The position numbers and the translations under genes are program-made. 64,000 bases of DNA. Source: Bdellovibrionales bacterium. Lineage in GTDB: Bacteria > Bdellovibrionota > UBA1018 > CAIMNF01. Numbering within the stretch: position 1 is the first letter of the stretch; every line of letters begins with the position of its first letter. The notes below the pieces were generated by a model, which did no database searches, was not told where the DNA came from, and was given only the letters and a program-made list of their open reading frames with translations. The DNA lies in the NCBI GenBank assembly GCA_947462765.1, contig CANHQK010000002.1, positions 38,099 to 102,098 on the forward strand, given 5' to 3'. Positions 38,991 to 48,392 of this stretch are shown piece after piece.

Positions 38991-39377
38991 GTGGAACACT
39001 TCGAATTCGTAAAAGTCACAGAAGTCATGGATCAGCTCGGAAACCTACTGAATCTTCAGCGCTTGCAGAAGATTCGTTTTTCGATCCTTCATTATCTCGA
39101 GGGAGCCCATTCCAAGGTCGAAAACCGCTTCGACTCGAATCTCCGCAGGGTGCTCAAGGAGACCTATGACTTGCTCGAAGGCGTGAAGGTCGAGATCGAG
39201 TCGATCCAGGGGAATATCCTGAAGCTCCTGAAGCCGGTCAAAGCCACTCGTGCCCGGCGAGCCCCGGCCAAGAAGTCCACAAAGGCCGAGGTCACTCCGA
39301 AGTCAAAGACTCTGAAGAAGCTCGTGGCCCGTCCGGTCTCTAAATCCAAGCGTCCGAGTGCGGCTCAGGGCAGGTAA
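38991..39377 (+). CDS. Hypothetical protein with basic Lys/Ala/Pro-rich (histone-like) tail
   Basis: Helical N-domain plus tail KPVKATRARRAPAKKSTK..KKLVARPVSKSKRP; GTG start 7 nt after TAGAAT. Confidence 0.6.
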   Translation: MEHFEFVKVTEVMDQLGNLLNLQRLQKIRFSILHYLEGAHSKVENRFDSNLRRVLKETYDLLEGVKVEIESIQGNILKLLKPVKATRARRAPAKKSTKAEVTPKSKTLKKLVARPVSKSKRPSAAQGR

Positions 39378-39551
39378 ACACAGCGGAAGCCGATCCCGAT
39401 GAAAAATCGCCTCAGGGAGTCCTCTCCCGGGCTACCCTAGCGCGTGCGCTCCGGTTTTTTGGTAAGAATGCCGCAAACCGCCGGGACGATCTCACTTTTC
39501 TCTTGGTCGAAAAACGCGCAGAGTGATCGGCCAAGGGCTTGAAGTGGTCCA

Positions 39552-39590
39552 AATATTACTCTTGACTAATATTATAATAAAGTAATATTA
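39552..39590. promoter_or_regulatory. ArsR operator/promoter: three AATATTA repeats at 16-bp period (two tandem ATTA-N8-TAAT sites) overlapping TTGACT -35
   Basis: AATATTA at 39552, 39568, 39584; TTGACT at 39562; AT-rich island in GC-rich DNA directly upstream of ArsR gene. Confidence 0.75.
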
Positions 39591-39612
39591 TGGAATCCTC
39601 TAGGAGGATTCC

Positions 39613-39900
39613 ATGCAAGAAATCATCGAAAAATGCGACGAAGTGAGTGCGGTATTGAAATCGCTCTCGCATCCGGTCCGGCTCAAGGTCTTGTGCCGGG
39701 TGCTCGAGGGTGAGACCTCGGTGAGTGACCTGACCGATTTCTGTGGAATCGCCCAGTCGGCGATGTCGCAGTTTCTGATCCGCATGAGGTCAGAGGGTTT
39801 GCTGGTTTCCCGCAAAGAGGGGACTCACGTGTACTACGGCATCGCCGACGCGCGGACCAAAAAACTTCTGAAAGCCATCAAGGAGATTTATTGCAGATGA
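39613..39900 (+). CDS. ArsR/SmtB family regulator, BigR/SqrR/YgaV-like two-Cys type
   Basis: LKSLSHPVRLKVLC (alpha2 Cys), QSAMSQFL, RKEGTHVYY, C-terminal IYC (alpha5 Cys). Confidence 0.9.
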   Translation: MQEIIEKCDEVSAVLKSLSHPVRLKVLCRVLEGETSVSDLTDFCGIAQSAMSQFLIRMRSEGLLVSRKEGTHVYYGIADARTKKLLKAIKEIYCR

Positions 39901-41213
39901 AAGCTTCATGGGTTCTCGCCGTCGTGATGATTCTGGCTCCCGGAAAAGGGTATGCCGGTGAGGGGTTCGGTTTCCAAGAGCTCTGGGCGAAGGTTCGCGG
40001 TGATGCGGCGGAGATCCGCGCGACGGAGTCCGAACGGCAGGCCTCGTTCTCCGCGAGCGAGCGGAGCGCCCGGCACTGGGTGCCCGGGTTCACATTGACG
40101 GGAAGAGGGATTCATACGAATGATCCTGCGCAGGTGTTTTTTTCGCGCTTGGGTCAGCGTTCGGCCGAGGCGGCCGACTTCAACCCTTCGTCCCTGAATC
40201 ATCCGGGAACCGCGAATTTCGTCTCGACCTCGCTCGGCATGCAGTGGTCTTTGTTCGAGGGTGGTGCGGGATCCGCCTACCGTGACCTCCAGAGATCCAT
40301 TTCTGACTTGAAAAGTCTCGGCAAAAACCGAGCGGAGTGGGAAGCCTATGTGGAGACCGCATCCGCTTACGGCACGATTCTTCATGCCGAGGCAACGCGT
40401 GACTCGGTCACTGCATTGAAGGGAACGGTCCAGGGTATCCTGTCCCGGTACTCGGTCGGATCGAAATCGAATCCGGTGGGGTATTCCGGATTGCTGGGTC
40501 TTAAAAGCCTTCTGAACCGGGTCCAAGCTGTCGAGGAACAATTGCTGACCGAGGCGGATACCGGGCGTTCCCGAATCCGAGCCCTGAGCGGTGCGGTTCC
40601 CGATGAATTCCAAGTCAGAAAAGAACCCTTGTCGGTATTCATGTCCGTCGTTCTCCCGGAGTCGCAGGTGACCGGTTCGGATTCGGTTTCGGTCAGTCTT
40701 GCTGAAAAGCAGGTGGAACTCGCCGGAGCCTCGATCGGCCTGGATCGCGCCCGTGCCTTGCCACAAATCGGTGTATTCGGTGAGGGTGGAGTGGTGACCG
40801 GCGCCCGGAACACGGGTGCCGCTTACGCGGGTGGACTCTATCTGAGGTGGAGCCTGTTCGATCCGAGGGATTTCGGCTCTTTATCCGAGAAGCGTCTCGA
40901 GCGGGAAGCTGCCCTGGCCAGGCTGGAAGGCGCACGCTCGGCGGTCCGCTCGGGCAGGGAGGGGGGCCTCAAGAGCCTCCATGCCCTTGAGCGTAACGAG
41001 AAGCTCTTGCAAGAGAGCCTTACGCTCATGGGTGAGCAGGTCGAGGTCGCCTCACGCTTGTTCCAGTCCGGCTCGATTTCCGCTCTTCAGCTGGTAGAGG
41101 TTTACAATCGCAGACTGGATCTACTCTTGGGCCATCAGGAACTCCAGCGTCAACACATTCAGATCCGAGCCGGCTTGGCACGACTCGCTTCCGGAAAAGG
41201 GATTACAGAATGA
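39897..41213 (+). CDS. TolC family outer-membrane efflux protein
   Basis: Signal peptide, two helical/beta repeats (WVPGFTL, LPQIGVFG, LRWSLFD, FQSGSISALQL); ATGA-coupled on both sides. Confidence 0.88.
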   Translation: MKASWVLAVVMILAPGKGYAGEGFGFQELWAKVRGDAAEIRATESERQASFSASERSARHWVPGFTLTGRGIHTNDPAQVFFSRLGQRSAEAADFNPSSLNHPGTANFVSTSLGMQWSLFEGGAGSAYRDLQRSISDLKSLGKNRAEWEAYVETASAYGTILHAEATRDSVTALKGTVQGILSRYSVGSKSNPVGYSGLLGLKSLLNRVQAVEEQLLTEADTGRSRIRALSGAVPDEFQVRKEPLSVFMSVVLPESQVTGSDSVSVSLAEKQVELAGASIGLDRARALPQIGVFGEGGVVTGARNTGAAYAGGLYLRWSLFDPRDFGSLSEKRLEREAALARLEGARSAVRSGREGGLKSLHALERNEKLLQESLTLMGEQVEVASRLFQSGSISALQLVEVYNRRLDLLLGHQELQRQHIQIRAGLARLASGKGITE

Positions 41214-44200
41214 AAGACAACATCGGTTTCGCAGGCAGTTTGGCCCGGGCGTTCGCCCATTCGAAGCTCACCCCCGTTATTGCGATCTTTTCGGTCCTGG
41301 TCGGTGTGACCGCGGTCGTGCTCACGCCGAAAGAGGAAGAGCCTCAGATCTCGGTCCCGATGATCGACATCCGGATTCCTGTCCCCGGGCTCGAGGCTGC
41401 GGAGGTTGAAAAGAAGGTGACCGAGCCCTTGGAGCGCGCGGTGTGGGGATTGGATGGAGTCGAATACGTCTATTCCGCTTCACAGGCCCACGGAGCCCTG
41501 GTGACCGCTCGATTCAAAGTAGGCGAACCGATGGAGCCGAGTCTGGTCAAGGTGCACGACCGGGTGATGAAACTCCGTCAGGAATTGCCAAAGCACGCCG
41601 GACAGCCGGAAGTGAAGTCGTTCTCGATTGACGATGTGCCGTTTCTCACCCTGACCTTCAGTTCTGCAACACACTCATCCTATGAACTCAGGACCCGGGT
41701 CGCCCCCTTGGCCCGCGAACTTTCGGCAACGCCTGACCTCTCGAAGGTGGAATTGAAGGGCGGTCAGAAGCGCGCCGTCCGGGTGGTCGTGGATCCTGAT
41801 CGATTGAGCCGCCTCGGTGTCTCCATTCTCAATGTCTCCCGGGCACTTGAAGAAAACGACGTTTGGATCCCTGCCGGAAAGACCTGGGGAACCGACAAGG
41901 ATTATCAAGTGGAGGTCGGCGGACGGATCTCCTCGGTGAGGGACCTCGAGTTGATTCCCATCGGTCAAAGAGGGGGGCGCGTGGTTCGGCTGAAGGATGT
42001 CGCCCGGATCACTGATGGTCCCGAGGAGCTCACGAGGGCCTCGCTCCTGTTTGAGAAGGGGAAGGAGACGGCTCCGGAAGCTGCCGTTTCAATCGTTTTT
42101 GCCAAAAGAAAAGGGACCAATGTGGTGGAGCTCTCCCGCCAGCTCCTGAAGCGTGCGGAGCGATTCTCGAAGCAGCTTCCCTCCGGCGTCAAAATGACCG
42201 AAGTGCGCAACTACGGGACCACTGCCAATGAGAAATCGATCGAGCTCATTGAGCATCTCTTGATCGCGACTTTCTCGGTCGCGGCTCTGATCGCGCTCAT
42301 CATGGGCCTGCGTGCCTCCATTGTTGTGGCCATTGCCATTCCGGTGACTCTTGCCCTGACTCTCGCGATCTATTACTTCCTGGGCTATACCCTCAATCGG
42401 ATCACCCTATTCGCGCTGATTTTCTCGATCGGGATTCTCGTAGACGATGCCATTGTGGTGGTCGAGAATATCGAGCGGCACCTCCATGAGAATCCGGGTT
42501 TGGGAATTTTCAAGGCGACCTTGAACGCGGTATCGGAGGTGGGGAACCCGACCATTCTCGCCACGTTCACTGTAATCGCTGCGATTCTTCCAATGGCATT
42601 CGTTCAAGGAATGATGGGGCCCTACATGAAGCCGATCCCGGTCGGGGCGAGCATTGCGATGATTTTCTCACTGCTGGTCGCTTTTATCGTGACTCCCTGG
42701 GCTTCGATCCGGATTTTGAAGCATGATTCGCACGTGAAACCGGAAGCCGGAGCGACCGAGACCCGGGAGGGACGCCTCGACCGGATGTACCGGAGTTTCA
42801 TGGAACGTCTCCTCGGAAGCCAAAGGCGGTCGATCTTGTTCGGTGCCCTGACTGTCCTGCTCCTGCTCGGATCGTTTTCCCTTTTGATGGTCAAGGCGGT
42901 GAAAGTGAAAATGCTGCCCTTCGACAACAAGAGTGAGTTCCAGGTCCTGGTGGACTATCCGCCCGAGACGCCGATCCGGAAGAGCATCGAGTGGTCGCAC
43001 GAGCTCGCCCGCGGACTCTTGAACCATCCCGAAGTGCGTAAAGTGCAGATTTTCGCCGGGGAGTCGGCCCCCTTCTCGTTTTCAGGCATGGTGAAACACG
43101 CCTACTTGAGACAGGAGCCGAACCAGGTCGATTTCCAGATCGTGCTGAGCGGAAAAGGCCAGAGAAAGCTGTCGAGCCATCAAATCATCGAGAACCTGCG
43201 GCCAGTCGTGATCGGGTTCGGACTCAAGCACCGCGCGGTGACAAAGGTTCTGGAAATCCCGCCGGGGCCACCCGTGATGGCGACGATGCTCGCCGAAGTG
43301 TACGGTCCGACAGCCGAGTCCCGCCAGAAGGTCGCTCAGGAGCTCGAGGAGATTTTCCGGTCGGAGCCCAGTGTGGTGGATCTCGATAGCACTAATCGTG
43401 AGTTGCGTCAGCGGAAGGTCTATACCTTCGATCGGGACCGGGGAGGCTTACTCGGAGCGAGTGCGTCTCCGGTGGCCGGGCTCGGGGCCCTGGTGTTCTC
43501 GGAGTCAAGAATCGGTCTCTTGAACGAGTCGGCACACCCTGAGGAGATTGGCATCGATCTTTCGATTGATCCAGCCGTCCGCTCGAGTGAGCAACCCTTC
43601 AAGGGCCAGACGCTTCCCTCTTTTGAGTCGGGATCCGTCCAAGCCGGTTCCCTGGTGCAGGCGCCGGTCTTCACCTCCAATCCGGTTCTGCACCGGAAGA
43701 ACCTGAAGCCTGTGTCGTACGTGATGAGTGAGCTTTCGGGAGCTGAGGAGGCACCCGTATACGGAATGTTGAAGCTCGCGCCCAAAATTCAATATCCGAC
43801 CCAGACCGCTGAGGTTCCTTGGGATACTGAGAGTCCCGTCATCAAGTGGGATGGCGAGTGGTTCATCACCTACGAAGTTTTCCGCGATCTCGGGGGTGCC
43901 TTTGCGGTGGTCATTGTGCTCATTTATGTGCTCGTGCTCGGCTGGTTCAGGAGTTACCTAGTCCCGCTCGTGATCATGGCGCCGATCCCGATCAGCCTGA
44001 TCGGGATCCTGCCCGGTCATGCGATGCTTGGAGCCTATTTCACCGCAACGTCGATGATCGGGTTCATTGCCGGTGCAGGGATCATTGTCCGGAACTCCAT
44101 CATCCTGGTGGACTTCATCGAGCATCAGATGAAGTCCGGGATGGCCGTGAAGGAAGCGGTGATCAGTGCCGGTGTGCTTCGCTTCCGACCCATGCTGCTC

Positions 44201-44380
44201 ACTGCGGCCGCAGTGGTGGTGGGAAGTTCGGTGATGCTCGCCGACCCCATATTTCAAGGTTTGGCGGTGAGTCTCATGTTCGGCGAAATCGCCGCAACAG
44301 TGCTCAGTCGCTTTGCAGTGCCAGTGCTGTATTACTGGTTTTTAGGAAACATCAGAAAGGAACAAATCCATGAAAATTGA
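41210..44380 (+). CDS. RND (AcrB/AcrD/AcrF-family) efflux permease
   Basis: 1056 aa, PKEEEPQI, GILVDDAIVVVENI, GIIVRNSIILVDF, RFRPMLLT. Confidence 0.95.
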   Translation: MKDNIGFAGSLARAFAHSKLTPVIAIFSVLVGVTAVVLTPKEEEPQISVPMIDIRIPVPGLEAAEVEKKVTEPLERAVWGLDGVEYVYSASQAHGALVTARFKVGEPMEPSLVKVHDRVMKLRQELPKHAGQPEVKSFSIDDVPFLTLTFSSATHSSYELRTRVAPLARELSATPDLSKVELKGGQKRAVRVVVDPDRLSRLGVSILNVSRALEENDVWIPAGKTWGTDKDYQVEVGGRISSVRDLELIPIGQRGGRVVRLKDVARITDGPEELTRASLLFEKGKETAPEAAVSIVFAKRKGTNVVELSRQLLKRAERFSKQLPSGVKMTEVRNYGTTANEKSIELIEHLLIATFSVAALIALIMGLRASIVVAIAIPVTLALTLAIYYFLGYTLNRITLFALIFSIGILVDDAIVVVENIERHLHENPGLGIFKATLNAVSEVGNPTILATFTVIAAILPMAFVQGMMGPYMKPIPVGASIAMIFSLLVAFIVTPWASIRILKHDSHVKPEAGATETREGRLDRMYRSFMERLLGSQRRSILFGALTVLLLLGSFSLLMVKAVKVKMLPFDNKSEFQVLVDYPPETPIRKSIEWSHELARGLLNHPEVRKVQIFAGESAPFSFSGMVKHAYLRQEPNQVDFQIVLSGKGQRKLSSHQIIENLRPVVIGFGLKHRAVTKVLEIPPGPPVMATMLAEVYGPTAESRQKVAQELEEIFRSEPSVVDLDSTNRELRQRKVYTFDRDRGGLLGASASPVAGLGALVFSESRIGLLNESAHPEEIGIDLSIDPAVRSSEQPFKGQTLPSFESGSVQAGSLVQAPVFTSNPVLHRKNLKPVSYVMSELSGAEEAPVYGMLKLAPKIQYPTQTAEVPWDTESPVIKWDGEWFITYEVFRDLGGAFAVVIVLIYVLVLGWFRSYLVPLVIMAPIPISLIGILPGHAMLGAYFTATSMIGFIAGAGIIVRNSIILVDFIEHQMKSGMAVKEAVISAGVLRFRPMLLTAAAVVVGSSVMLADPIFQGLAVSLMFGEIAATVLSRFAVPVLYYWFLGNIRKEQIHEN

Positions 44381-44561
44381 TTACCAAATTCGAATTTTTG
44401 CAGGGGTATTTATACTGGCCAGCCTGTTGCTGAGCCACTTTCACAATCCGAATTGGATTTATTTTACGGCGTTTGTGGGGGTCAATCTGATCCAGTCGGC
44501 GTTCACTTGCTTCTGTCCGCTAGAGATTGTGCTGCGTAAGATGCAGCCTGGAAGAGAATAA
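44370..44561 (+). CDS. DUF2892 / YgaP-like small membrane protein
   Basis: IRIFAG, FTAFVGVNLIQSAFTCFCPL two-TM pattern. Confidence 0.88.
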   Translation: MKIDYQIRIFAGVFILASLLLSHFHNPNWIYFTAFVGVNLIQSAFTCFCPLEIVLRKMQPGRE

Positions 44562-44581
44562 TTGACGGTGAATGCTGGATT

Positions 44582-45934
44582 CTAAAGATTCAACACTTCA
44601 ACGGGGCTACTGCCGCCTACATTTTGGGTGGCCCCATTGCCGAGTTGACCGCTGTTGTTTTTTCCCCAGCAAAGGATCTTTCCATCGGACCGTACTGCGC
44701 AAGTGTGATCCTTGCGTGAGCTGATCTGGATTGCCGATGTGACTCCGGGGACGTCGAAGGGTGTCAGCAATCTTGATGAGCCATAGTCAGCTCCCAGGGC
44801 GGTCCAGCTCGAGTAACCTGCGCACTTGACGATGCCATCTTGCATTAGGAAGCAGGTGTGCGTTGCACCCGTTGTGATTCCAACAATGTTTTGCAGAGGG
44901 TTCATGTCCTGAGCCCTCACTTGTACGGGGGTGGTTCTTCCGTCACCCATGTAGCCTGTTCCCATCTGGGTTCCATCGCTCAGCTGGCCTTCCCAGTTCG
45001 CTCCCCAGCATTTTGCAGAGCCATCCTCCAAAACGGAACAAGTGTGTTGCTCTCCGGCGGAGAGTGAGGCAGCTTGGGTTAAGGAGGACACCACTACCGG
45101 AATCATACTGAAAACGCCCGAACCATTCCCCAGTCGACCCACGCCATAGTACTGCGGAAAGCTTGAGCTAGCCGGAGCTTGCCCGTTATCCCCCCAACAT
45201 CGCATGGTTTTGTCTGCCAGGATCGCACAGGTGTGGGTTTTGCCGGCAGAGATGCTGGTGACATTTGATAAACCCAGTACCGAGACGGGGGTTGGGCTGT
45301 CGGTGATGGTGTTGTTCCCGAGTTGCCCTCCGCCCACGTTTGTACCTCGATTGTATCCCCAACAGCGAATGGTTCGATCTGCGAGCAAGGCACAGGTGTG
45401 ATTTCCACCTGCAGCAATACTGATCACATTGCTGAGTCCCGATACCGCAACGGGGGTGAGCCGATTCGAGGTGGTTCCATCTCCCAACTGGCCATACCAA
45501 TTGGCTCCCCAGCATCGTGCAGTTCCATCTTGAAGGAGCGCGCAGGAGTGAGATTCGCCCGTGGCAATCTGGCTCACTCCGTTCAGCCCAACCACGCTCA
45601 CCGGGCTGGTTTTCATGCTCCCAAATTGACCGGTACCATCTCCGAGTTGGCCATTATAGTTCTCGCCCCAGCATCGGACACTTGCATCAGAGAGGAGAGC
45701 ACAGGTGTGTGAGCCTCCCACCGCTACGAAGGGCGCCGGAGTTGGAGTTGGTGTTGGAGTCGGGTTCGGAGTAGGAGTTGGGGTAGGGGTTGAAGGTTCT
45801 ACAGGTATATCGTTTTGGCGTGGAGCCCCTGCTCCTGCGGAGGGCAGGGTCTTGATCCAGGAGGTGCAACCAGAGAGCAACATCGTTGCAACCAAGATTG
45901 TAAAGCGTGTTGCTGCTGGTATATTCCGTTTCAC
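44582..45934 (-). CDS. RCC1-repeat (7-bladed propeller) lipoprotein with Pro/Thr linker
   Basis: Lipobox LLSG|C, PTPTPTPNPTPTPTPTP, seven HTCA...CWG.N..GQLG repeats; GTG start at 45934 with GAGGGGG SD. Confidence 0.88.
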   Translation of the reverse strand: MKRNIPAATRFTILVATMLLSGCTSWIKTLPSAGAGAPRQNDIPVEPSTPTPTPTPNPTPTPTPTPAPFVAVGGSHTCALLSDASVRCWGENYNGQLGDGTGQFGSMKTSPVSVVGLNGVSQIATGESHSCALLQDGTARCWGANWYGQLGDGTTSNRLTPVAVSGLSNVISIAAGGNHTCALLADRTIRCWGYNRGTNVGGGQLGNNTITDSPTPVSVLGLSNVTSISAGKTHTCAILADKTMRCWGDNGQAPASSSFPQYYGVGRLGNGSGVFSMIPVVVSSLTQAASLSAGEQHTCSVLEDGSAKCWGANWEGQLSDGTQMGTGYMGDGRTTPVQVRAQDMNPLQNIVGITTGATHTCFLMQDGIVKCAGYSSWTALGADYGSSRLLTPFDVPGVTSAIQISSRKDHTCAVRSDGKILCWGKNNSGQLGNGATQNVGGSSPVEVLNL

Positions 45935-46057
45935 AAATCCCCCTCTCTCAATACTACATTTCATGCGTTGACTGATTCTAGATGTGTCAGGTAGGACATC
46001 GCAGAAATTGTAGATTTTTTGAGTTTCTGCCCAATGCCTGCATGAGACAATCAAACG

Positions 46058-46660
46058 ATGAGAACATTTGCTTTACTCGCGTCCTTGTTTTTTGGGGTTC
46101 AAACAGTCCATGCGCAAAGTGGCAGTAATCCGGCGCGAGCGAATTGTTGGTGCAAGATTTCAATCCACAGTTTGGCAGGGAATACCGCCGAGACTGGGGT
46201 GGTGTCTGGCAAATACTCCGATGCAACCGGCCCTTCCTACAGTTCTTTGCAACACTTGGTCGATTTGGGTAACACCCAGAATAATTGCAAAGACCGGTGC
46301 AATAGTAGAGCTGCAGGAGAGAGTCTTCCCGCACTGGCGCAAGCTGCTTGTGCCATGGGTGCAAATGGCAACGATGTAACGGCTTTTGCCAAGGTGGGAG
46401 TGAATCGCTTTGTTCAAGGAAACACTCTAGGAAGAATCCACAGGCGGCCTGCAGTGTATCACTGTCCGCAAGGTGGGGTGCTGGTCAGTAGGCCGGATGG
46501 TGGCGGAGAGTGCGTGGTGACTGAAAAAGCCATCCTCCCGAATGTGGAGAAGGGATCGACGACGGGGGTCCGGTGTTCGCCAGGATTTTCTTGGGATGGA
46601 TCGCGCTGTAAAAAGACCTACCCAGCGGTGATTCAAACCCCGGCTTATTGTGGTTTTTGA
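46058..46660 (+). CDS. Secreted Cys-rich hypothetical protein
   Basis: Signal peptide ending VHA, 10 Cys including YHCPQGG..C and CSPGFSWDGSRC modules. Confidence 0.7.
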   Translation: MRTFALLASLFFGVQTVHAQSGSNPARANCWCKISIHSLAGNTAETGVVSGKYSDATGPSYSSLQHLVDLGNTQNNCKDRCNSRAAGESLPALAQAACAMGANGNDVTAFAKVGVNRFVQGNTLGRIHRRPAVYHCPQGGVLVSRPDGGGECVVTEKAILPNVEKGSTTGVRCSPGFSWDGSRCKKTYPAVIQTPAYCGF

Positions 46661-47610
46661 CGATCTGTTTCTGGCATGCAGGCAGGAGAGCCTGTAAGTG
46701 ACATGAGGAACTGAAACAGCGGTAAATGTCTGCGCAGGGTCCTCCGATGCCGATGGAGCTTGATCGGATTGAAGGGCCCGAGAAGGCTGAAGAGCTGGAG
46801 AGGGTTCTTCCGAACCCAGCTCCAGGAGCCCATTTCGAGTGTCAGAGGTAGGAAGTTTTTTCGCTCGTGCTCCAGGTAGAGAAAATCCCAGAGGTCTCCA
46901 TGGGTGGTGTAGTGGAGCGACTGTGGCTCTACCTTGTATACATGGTAGGGTAAGGCCTTCCGGAGCAGGTCTTCGAAGATTTTGACTTGGTCGATGGATG
47001 GAAGCGGATCTTGGGAGAAAGCATAGGGATACCAGATCTGGTCTTGGATTCCGAAACCAGAGTGCAGATCTAAAGCTAGAGTGAAGCTGGCCTCCTTCAG
47101 CACGCCCCGAACTGAATTCACGAGGGCCCGAGATTCCGGCTCCATTCCAGCCTCAGTTTGCTCCGGATTCCCTCGATACCAAGGGAGCCTTCGAGACCAG
47201 TGGTGCCCGCCTACAGCAAAGCTCGCCTGCTTGGCGGTAACGGGGGCATTGCGCATCAGATCGACTCCGTTACCGTTCGATCGGGTGAATTGCGCGTGAC
47301 CGACTGGATTCACGAGCGGAATCACGATCAGTTGGATCTGGTCGAGTGTGTGACGAAGGGAACGGTCCCACTCCCAGCGCCCGATGAGGGTTTCCATAAA
47401 GGAAAGTGCGACATCGGTTCCGATTCGCTCTAGTCCATGAACACCGCCTGTGATCATGAGGGCCGGATCGGAAGGCGTAGTGGATCCGATCCTGAATTCC
47501 AGGATCGGAAAGGTCTGGTTTTTGTGCGCGATATTCTCCAAGGTACGAACTGATCCGATCGAGGACCATCTACGTTCGATGGACTTCAACTGTTCTTCGG
47601 AAGGGCTCAT
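46645..47610 (-). CDS. M14 family zinc carboxypeptidase (DUF2817-like)
   Basis: GGVHGLE (HxxE), NPVG, TRSNGNGVDLMRN, LDLHSG, LTLEMGS. Confidence 0.85.
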   Translation of the reverse strand: MSPSEEQLKSIERRWSSIGSVRTLENIAHKNQTFPILEFRIGSTTPSDPALMITGGVHGLERIGTDVALSFMETLIGRWEWDRSLRHTLDQIQLIVIPLVNPVGHAQFTRSNGNGVDLMRNAPVTAKQASFAVGGHHWSRRLPWYRGNPEQTEAGMEPESRALVNSVRGVLKEASFTLALDLHSGFGIQDQIWYPYAFSQDPLPSIDQVKIFEDLLRKALPYHVYKVEPQSLHYTTHGDLWDFLYLEHERKNFLPLTLEMGSWSWVRKNPLQLFSLLGPFNPIKLHRHRRTLRRHLPLFQFLMSLTGSPACMPETDRQKPQ

Positions 47611-47624
47611 CCTGGTTCGATTCC

Positions 47625-48392
47625 TTAATTCTTTGCCAGAGTCCGTGGATTCGGAAAGCGGCAGATGAAAGTGGTTCCTTTGCCGAGAGCGCTCTCGACC
47701 TCGATACTGCCATGGTGACGCTGGAGAATGTGTTTCACAATGGAGAGACCAAGCCCGGTACCGCCCATGTCCCGTGAGCGACCTTTATCGATCCGGTAAA
47801 ATCGTTCAAACAGGCGGTCGAGGTGCTTTTCCGGAATTCCGGGACCGTTATCCGAAACCCGCAATAAGATCTCAGTACCTCCATCAGAGGATTTCTCTTC
47901 CCAACAGATGTGAATCCTGGAACCGACCGGGCAGTACTTGATGGCATTCTCGACGAGATTCACCATCACCTGTTCGGTCCGTTTGGGGTCTGCAATCAAT
48001 TGTGGAGTCTTGACCTCAAGTGTGATTTCAGTCTCTTTCATTCTGGCGCTTTGCTTGAGTGCATCGAGTACTGTTCCGCTGAACTCCTTAAGATCGATCA
48101 AGGTCGGTTGGAGGTGATCCGCACCGGACTCGATCGCAGATAAATCGAGTAGGTCATTGATCAGGGATAACAATCGGTTCGAGTTTTTCAGGATGATCTT
48201 CAGAAACTCGGGATCCGGAGGTCGCCCAAGCTCTAGATCTTCGATCAAGGTTTCCGTGTACCCCTTGATACTGGTGAGAGGGGTCCGGAGCTCGTGACTC
48301 ACATTGGCCACAAAATCGATCCGCATTTTCTCAGCGCGTTTGAGTGCAGCGATGACGGCTTCATTGTCCGCATTTTCCAATTTCGGATTCAT
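47625..48392 (-). CDS. PhoR-like histidine kinase, cytoplasmic catalytic core only
   Basis: MRIDFVANVSHELRTPLTSIKGY, NLVENAIKY, DNGPGIP, RLFERFYRIDKGRSR.MGGTGLGLSIVKH; no TM or PAS segment. Confidence 0.9.
   Translation of the reverse strand: MNPKLENADNEAVIAALKRAEKMRIDFVANVSHELRTPLTSIKGYTETLIEDLELGRPPDPEFLKIILKNSNRLLSLINDLLDLSAIESGADHLQPTLIDLKEFSGTVLDALKQSARMKETEITLEVKTPQLIADPKRTEQVMVNLVENAIKYCPVGSRIHICWEEKSSDGGTEILLRVSDNGPGIPEKHLDRLFERFYRIDKGRSRDMGGTGLGLSIVKHILQRHHGSIEVESALGKGTTFICRFPNPRTLAKN

Noticed and set aside
39378..39550. Possible ncRNA in the intergenic region upstream of arsR
   Set aside because: No convincing stem, terminator or known RNA motif seen
45738..45795. Hexamer-like tandem repeat
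   Set aside because: Encodes the PT linker of the RCC1 lipoprotein; degenerate, not a contingency repeat
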